From Nitrolancea sp. (lineage in GTDB: Bacteria > Chloroflexota > Chloroflexia > Thermomicrobiales > Thermomicrobiaceae), in assembly GCA_036381095.1 (NCBI GenBank), contig DASVDN010000019.1, positions 1 to 30,946 of the forward strand: a DNA stretch of 30,946 bases. The letters are read 5' to 3'. A program made the position numbers and the translations under genes. This document shows positions 25,931 through 30,946 of the stretch, piece by piece; within the stretch, counting starts at the first letter, position 1, and each line of letters starts with the position of its first letter. Below the pieces are notes generated by a model, which worked only from the letters and a program-made list of their open reading frames with translations, was not told the origin of the DNA and made no database searches.

Positions 25931-26911
25931 TCAGTCGAACCGCACACGCGGATCGACGACCGCGTAGAGGATGTCCGACAATAACGTTCCGATGAGGATC
26001 AACGTCGCCGACAGAAGCACAATCGCCATCACGGTTGGATAATCGCGCTGGGTCAACGACGCGACCGCCAGCTGGCCCATCCCCGGCCAGGAGAAGATGT
26101 TTTCGACGACAACCGAACCTTCGACCATAATGACCAGCACATAGCCGAGCAACGTGATGATCGGGATCAGCGAATTGCGCCAGGCATGCTTCAGGATCAC
26201 CACCCGCTCCGTCAGCCCTTTGGCTCGCGCGGTGCGGACATAGTCCTGCGGCATCACTTCCAGCATCGAAGCGCGTTGATAGCGCATGTACCCGGCGACG
26301 CCCGCCAGGGTGATCGAGATGACCGGCAGCACGTAGTGCAGCGCCGAATCCTTGAAATGCGCCCAGAAGCCGGGACCGACATAGGCGCTGTGCATCCCAT
26401 TGACCGGGAACCAGCCAATCTTCACTGAAAGGAAGTAGAGCAGCATCAGCCCGAGCCAGAACTGGGGAATCGAGATGCCGACGAAGTTGAAGGTGGTGAG
26501 CAGGTAATCGATCAACGAGTACTGCTTGACGGCTGAGATGATGCCGAGCGGGATCGCGATTAGGAGCGTCAACAGCAGCGACACCCCAGCCAGCTTCATC
26601 GTGTTAGGTAAGCGCTGCCTGATGATCGTCGAGACTGGCTGATTCATGCGTGTCGAGGTGCCGAAGTCGCCGCGCGCTACGAGCTTCAGCCAGTCGATAT
26701 ACTGCAAATAGACCGGTCGGTTGAGTCCGAGTTGTTCGCGCAGGCGCTCACGATCGGCCAGCGTCATGGTTTTACCGCTGTCGCGCGATTCGGCAAGCAT
26801 CGCCCCGACCGGATCGCCGGGCGCCCGCTTGAGCATGGCAAAGCAGATAATCGAGACGCCGAGTAGCAGCGGGAGCATCCACAAGAGCCGGCGCACGATG
26901 TAAGCGGTCAT
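25931..26911 (-). CDS. ABC module 4 permease (DppB/OppB family)
   Basis: APGDP, GLNRPVYLQY..GDFG, PQFWLG, DYVRTARAKGL, DPRV. Confidence 0.93.
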   Translation of the reverse strand: MTAYIVRRLLWMLPLLLGVSIICFAMLKRAPGDPVGAMLAESRDSGKTMTLADRERLREQLGLNRPVYLQYIDWLKLVARGDFGTSTRMNQPVSTIIRQRLPNTMKLAGVSLLLTLLIAIPLGIISAVKQYSLIDYLLTTFNFVGISIPQFWLGLMLLYFLSVKIGWFPVNGMHSAYVGPGFWAHFKDSALHYVLPVISITLAGVAGYMRYQRASMLEVMPQDYVRTARAKGLTERVVILKHAWRNSLIPIITLLGYVLVIMVEGSVVVENIFSWPGMGQLAVASLTQRDYPTVMAIVLLSATLILIGTLLSDILYAVVDPRVRFD

Positions 26912-26948
26912 TGAGCATCCTCACCCGCGAGTCGCGTTCGCTCCATCG

Positions 26949-28700
26949 CTACGCCTGCTTAAAGATCTTTTCCGGGAAGGCCCGCTGGTACCAACGGAAG
27001 CTCGGCGTATCGGCCGGGATACCGCCCAGCTTCTTGCTGACGACCCAGCCATCGACCGCGCAGTAGAGCGGCAACGCCGGCAGCGCCTTGAGCCGCACGA
27101 CATCCAGCTGGTGATAGACATCTACGCGGGCGTTCGGGTCGACGGTCGTTCGCCCTTGCTCAATGAGTTTGTCGACATCGGCATCCTTGAACCACATGTA
27201 GTCGTCACCGGGTGGAACGTTCTTCGAATCAAGTTCGCTGTAGACATCTGGGTCCTGTTCAAACGGGTGCGGCCACTCCTGCACTTCCATCGCGCGATCT
27301 TCCGGCTTCCCGTTTGGGTCGTGCCACATTCCCTCCAGCGTTGTGTATTCCAGCACGCTCGGGGTTACCTCAATGCCGATCTGCTTGAGGGACTCTTGGA
27401 TGATCACCTGATCGTTCATGTATTCGGTGAAACCGGAGTACGTAATCAGAGTGAACGAAAGCTTTTGCCCATTCTTCTCCCGGATTCCATCTCCGCCCGC
27501 CTTCCAGCCGGCGTCCTCAAGCAGCTTCTTCGCCGCCTCGACATCGAACGGGTATTCCTTCTGGTAGTCGACCTCTTTGTAATTGTTGTATTTGTCGAGC
27601 GGACCAGTCGTGGCGTACTGGTTGTTCGCGATGAGTCCGCGCCCTTTGGTCACCGTGTCGGTTAGCGTCTTCTTGTCGATCGCCTGCGCAATCGCCTTAC
27701 GCACGGTCATGTCCTGCAGGATCGGATGTTTGTGATTGAAGGCGAGCGTGATCGGCGTGTAATACACGTAATTGTGGAGCACGAAATCCGGGCTCTTTTC
27801 GTAGCGCGGTTGCATCTCCGGCGGGGTGAACATCATATCGATCTCGCCTTTGTCCAGCGAGGCTGCCCCAGCGTCGGTATTCGCCATGAAATAGTTGGTC
27901 CAGCCGTCGGCAGCCGGTTTCCCCATGAAGTAGTCATCGTTGCGTTCGTATTTGATGTACTGATCGGGCTGCCATTCAACAAGCTTGTACGGACCCGTAC
28001 CGATTGGCTGCTTGTTGAACGGATCGGTGTTGATGTCTTTTGTCTTTTCGAGAATGTGCTTGGGGATGATGGCGATCTGCGAGAGACCGTAGAGGAACGG
28101 AGCATACGGCTCGCTGAGGGTGACGGTGACCGTCCGGTCGTCCGGCGCCGCCCAGGTGACGAACTTGTCTCCCACCTGCAACCGCGACGCATAGTTCGTT
28201 TTGGTGTTCGTGTCTTTGACCTTGTCAAAGGTGAAGAGTACATCGGCCGACGTAAATGGCTCGCCATCGTGCCATTTCGCCTCTACCAGGGTTAGTGTCA
28301 ACGTCAACGAGTCGTCGCTGTATTTCCATTCCTTGGCGAGATCGGGGATCTGATTCCCCTTATCGTCGTACTTCACAAGCTTGTTGAAGACGAGCCACTC
28401 GGTCCAGTATTCGCTCTGATCAATGATCGGGTTGCCGATCCCCTTATCGCCAAGGGTTGTGTTGGCGTTGATGATGCCACCCTTGCCCGAGGCGGCGGTA
28501 GCGCCACTCGCGCTCGTCGCGGCAGACGTGCCACCCGCCGCGGCCGGAGTATTCGAGGATCCGCTGCCGCAGGCCGCCAGCACCACTGCGATGGCAGGCG
28601 CCGCCAGGCCGAGCGCAGCGGAACGCCGCAGTATTGTTCGGCGCGTATAGTGTCGAGATGTTGCTTCCTGGATGAGGGAACGCACGAGCGGATCGTCCAT
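26949..28700 (-). CDS. ABC module 4 solute-binding protein (family 5), Tat lipoprotein
   Basis: TRRTIL twin-Arg, VLAAC lipobox, PDLAKEW, WHDGEPFTSADV, PIGTGPY. GAGGAGG abuts ATG 28706, so the second ATG at 28700 is the better spaced start. Confidence 0.9.
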   Translation of the reverse strand: MDDPLVRSLIQEATSRHYTRRTILRRSAALGLAAPAIAVVLAACGSGSSNTPAAAGGTSAATSASGATAASGKGGIINANTTLGDKGIGNPIIDQSEYWTEWLVFNKLVKYDDKGNQIPDLAKEWKYSDDSLTLTLTLVEAKWHDGEPFTSADVLFTFDKVKDTNTKTNYASRLQVGDKFVTWAAPDDRTVTVTLSEPYAPFLYGLSQIAIIPKHILEKTKDINTDPFNKQPIGTGPYKLVEWQPDQYIKYERNDDYFMGKPAADGWTNYFMANTDAGAASLDKGEIDMMFTPPEMQPRYEKSPDFVLHNYVYYTPITLAFNHKHPILQDMTVRKAIAQAIDKKTLTDTVTKGRGLIANNQYATTGPLDKYNNYKEVDYQKEYPFDVEAAKKLLEDAGWKAGGDGIREKNGQKLSFTLITYSGFTEYMNDQVIIQESLKQIGIEVTPSVLEYTTLEGMWHDPNGKPEDRAMEVQEWPHPFEQDPDVYSELDSKNVPPGDDYMWFKDADVDKLIEQGRTTVDPNARVDVYHQLDVVRLKALPALPLYCAVDGWVVSKKLGGIPADTPSFRWYQRAFPEKIFKQA

Positions 28701-28802
28701 GACCATCTCCTCCTCGATAGACGAGCGTACGCATGAGACTCAAGAAGCGTAACGACACGAGGTGAGCGAGCACCGATAGACCTTCGTACGAGGGCGTCTC
28801 GG

Positions 28803-29951
28803 CTAGGCATCGACGGTCGGAGCGGCATCTCCTTCTGCTTTTTTCGAGGGGGTCGTCCCGAGCTTATGGTTTAGCACCAGCGTCGCCAGCACATCCATGA
28901 TGATGCGCGTGCCAAGCTGGGCCGTGTTGTTCGATACGTCGTATGGTGGCGATACCTCGACAACCTCCATGCCGGCCAACCCTTCACTGGTGATCATCTT
29001 CACCAGGCGCATCACCTCGCGCGGCAGGAAGCCGCCCGGCTCCGGTGTTCCGGTGCCCGGTGCGAAGGCAGGATCGATGCAATCGATATCGAAGCTGAGA
29101 TAGACACACTTCGCGTTCTTCCAGGCGATCTCCAGCGCGTACTCCGCGATCCGATCGACCCCGAAACGATCAACGTCATCCAATGTGATGACCGTGGCCT
29201 GCCGTTCGCGGGCGTTCTTCAGCCCTTCACGCGAGCCGGTCCAACCACCGATGCCGATCTGCACCAGGTTGCTGGGCGGTGCGTTCTCGATGTTCGTGGC
29301 GTGGAAGAAGGGCGAGCCGTGCATCCGCTCGTCGAGAGAATATTCACTCAGATCGCTATGACGGTCGAAGTGAATGATGCCGACATTGCCGTCGATATGG
29401 GGCGCGATACCGCGAATATCGGGATAGCCGATCGAGTGATCGCCGCCGAGAACGACCGGAAAAACGTCTCGCTCGTGCAGATAGCCGATCGCGAGCGCGA
29501 TCTGATCGAAGCTCTTCTCGATGTTGGCCGGGATGACGGAAACGTCGCCGACATCGACGATTGTCAGCGACTCGCCCAGATCGATCCCCAGACTCGGGTT
29601 GTAACTGCCGGACGATGATTGCCGCATCGCCTGTGGACCAAAGCGCGTGCCAGATCGGAACGTCGTGCCGGTGTCGAGCGGCACGCCCATGATCGCGACA
29701 TCCTGGCCGCCGAGCTCGCGCATGTCTGCCAGGAAGGGAGAAGACATGAAGAAACCGCTGTTGGCAAATCCCCAGCGGCTACGGTTGAAGAGTGGAATCT
29801 TGCGGTCACGAATCGACGCTGCGGACTCGAGGCCGAACTCGAGCGCCTGGCGGCTACGCTCATCGGCACGAGCCGACGAGATCTCCGCCTCCGCCTGCAT
29901 CGCGCGGGTGCCATCGAGGTCGTCTCGAGAAATGCGTCCGTCCTGTCGCAT
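28803..29951 (-). CDS. Ureohydrolase (arginase/agmatinase superfamily), guanidine hydrolase GdmH-like scaffold
   Basis: Binuclear metal ligands intact: GGDHS, HFDRHSD, SFDIDCID, plus EVSPPYD. N-terminal GLESAASIRDRKIP and IPANIEKSFDQI, DERMH..FHATN, NLVQIGIGGW resemble Synechocystis GdmH (Sll1077) as recalled. Confidence 0.9.
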   Translation of the reverse strand: MRQDGRISRDDLDGTRAMQAEAEISSARADERSRQALEFGLESAASIRDRKIPLFNRSRWGFANSGFFMSSPFLADMRELGGQDVAIMGVPLDTGTTFRSGTRFGPQAMRQSSSGSYNPSLGIDLGESLTIVDVGDVSVIPANIEKSFDQIALAIGYLHERDVFPVVLGGDHSIGYPDIRGIAPHIDGNVGIIHFDRHSDLSEYSLDERMHGSPFFHATNIENAPPSNLVQIGIGGWTGSREGLKNARERQATVITLDDVDRFGVDRIAEYALEIAWKNAKCVYLSFDIDCIDPAFAPGTGTPEPGGFLPREVMRLVKMITSEGLAGMEVVEVSPPYDVSNNTAQLGTRIIMDVLATLVLNHKLGTTPSKKAEGDAAPTVDA

Positions 29952-30235
29952 CGTCTTGCACTCCCATCATTCTGTGTCCGGTCAGGGCCGGCAATGCGGC
30001 GTCACCGACGCTCCGCAAAACACGAACGAAATCGGACGTATCAACCACTCGCGACGCGGTGGTACTCAGACTGACACCGTATGCACGGAATACCTAACAT
30101 CGTTTCGACGGGACTCTTCAGAACCCGAGGAGAATCGTATGAGAATCTCTGCGGAATACCGATATCGGTGTGCGCTCATCCCGCGCATCGCCAAGGGAAG
30201 CGGGGTATCGATTGATTAATATATTGCTTATCATT

Positions 30236-30264
30236 AGAGTATAGGGACGGCCTGATCTTGTCAA
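30236..30264 (-). promoter_or_regulatory. Putative sigma70-type promoter for the ureohydrolase-module 4 operon
   Basis: Minus-strand TTGACA-N17-TACTCT (or N15-TATACT), followed by an AT-rich tract at 30201-30235. Confidence 0.6.
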
Positions 30265-30355
30265 GCAAGCAACGCCGCAGCGGAGCGGGACGGCAACGTC
30301 AACGGCACCAAACGATGTTGAGGAACCCTGGTCCTTGCGACTGGGGGAAATCAGG

Positions 30356-30946
30356 CTAATCTCGCGGGCGCGGGGAGCGCGGGTCGCCAATGACTTCGCT
30401 GAGGATGAACGCTTCGACCTCTTGCAGGTGGCACAGCATGGCGGCTCGCGCCTGGTGCGGTTCCCGCTCGCGGATTGCGTCGAGGATCTCGCGATGGCTG
30501 ATGCAGGCACGGGCACGGCGCTCGGACGACGTGATGAAGTGCCGGTGGCCGTCATGGAGCAGTTGATTGAGGAGATGCACAACGCGCACGGCAACCTCGT
30601 TGCGCGAGGCGCGCGCGATTACGCTATGAAACTCGCGATCGAGAGCGACGGCGCGTTCGTTACCGGTCGCGCCATCAAATGGGCCGGACTGAAGATCGAC
30701 GACGACGGCCAGCGCATCGATATCCGCCGGTGTCGCCCTTAACGCGGCCAGCGCCGCGATCGACGGCTCAAAGATGATGCGCATCTCCCACAGATCACCG
30801 ACCACATCGTCACTCGCCTCCAACACCAGCGCCAGCGGCGAGATCACGTCCAGTTCAGAGAAATCACGCACGTAGGTGCCGCCACCGTGGCGCGCTTCGA
30901 CGATGCCGGATATTTCCAGCGCGCGCAACGCCTCGCGCAGCGAGGC
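30356..30946 (-). CDS. GntR family transcriptional regulator, FadR subfamily (5'-truncated by window edge)
   Basis: Frame is open to the edge (ASLREALRALE..G.V...HGGGTYV, winged HTH). FCD domain with EMRIIFE, DREFH, SRNE, SHREI and CHL (three-His metal-site pattern). Confidence 0.92.
   Translation of the reverse strand, partial: ASLREALRALEISGIVEARHGGGTYVRDFSELDVISPLALVLEASDDVVGDLWEMRIIFEPSIAALAALRATPADIDALAVVVDLQSGPFDGATGNERAVALDREFHSVIARASRNEVAVRVVHLLNQLLHDGHRHFITSSERRARACISHREILDAIREREPHQARAAMLCHLQEVEAFILSEVIGDPRSPRPRD

Noticed and set aside
4330-29951. Resemblance to a clavulanic acid/clavam cluster (ThDP enzyme, ureohydrolase, OppA proteins, class A beta-lactamase-like protein, exporter)
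   Set aside because: No beta-lactam synthetase or Fe/2-oxoglutarate clavaminate synthase is present. The ThDP enzyme is a split ComDE type, not CeaS. The binding proteins have their own permeases, and the genes are in separate, differently oriented units.
30058-30065. T-box-like GGTGGTAC
   Set aside because: It is on the strand opposite to the downstream gene and lacks the CGCG continuation and terminator.
30102-30121. Hammerhead-ribozyme-like core CTGAAGAG...CGAAAC on the minus strand
   Set aside because: Stem II has one base pair, and no convincing stem I/III or NUH site can be formed. The segment folds better as a CGGG...CCCG hairpin.
29952-30235. Guanidine-I/II/III riboswitch upstream of the GdmH-like gene
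   Set aside because: TAGGTATTCCG (30086-30096) only loosely resembles the ykkC AGGGUUCCG, and the AAAAGCCCGGGAG 3' element is absent. There are no paired ACGR-loop hairpins on the coding strand (GGGACGGCC at 30244-30252 is on the wrong strand). CCGGAC...CAAGACG near the ATG lacks the guanidine-III pseudoknot pairing.

Overview
High-GC bacterial chromosomal segment. It most resembles Chloroflexota (Thermomicrobia-like), inferred from the Tat-lipoprotein solute-binding proteins and the duplicated C-terminal 'F-x-ETGH...GYP...QYFER' domain of the glycoside hydrolase. It opens with the 3' part of mutS and a stand-alone murF, then becomes a nutrient-scavenging island. The island has four separate Opp/Dpp-type ABC modules (binding protein plus two permeases, no ATPase in any of them). 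Interleaved with them are a secreted beta-propeller, a ComD/ComE-like ThDP decarboxylase pair, an MFS transporter, a signal-less class A beta-lactamase-like SxxK enzyme, a class III aminotransferase, a dienelactone hydrolase, a secreted clan GH-A glycoside hydrolase and a ureohydrolase. The window ends in a FadR-type GntR regulator cut by the edge. The best candidate for an undescribed system is the last block (24983-30946): a guanidine-hydrolase (GdmH)-like scaffold with agmatinase-type pocket residues, apparently co-transcribed with its own peptide-class importer, next to a FadR regulator, with no Ni chaperones or recognisable guanidine riboswitch. The non-coding DNA carries a three-part REP/MITE-like element present in two states of decay and several motifs shared between the transporter leaders. 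No rRNA, tRNA, CRISPR array, transposase or integrase was seen. All family calls are by motif recognition and recalled sequences, not database searches.
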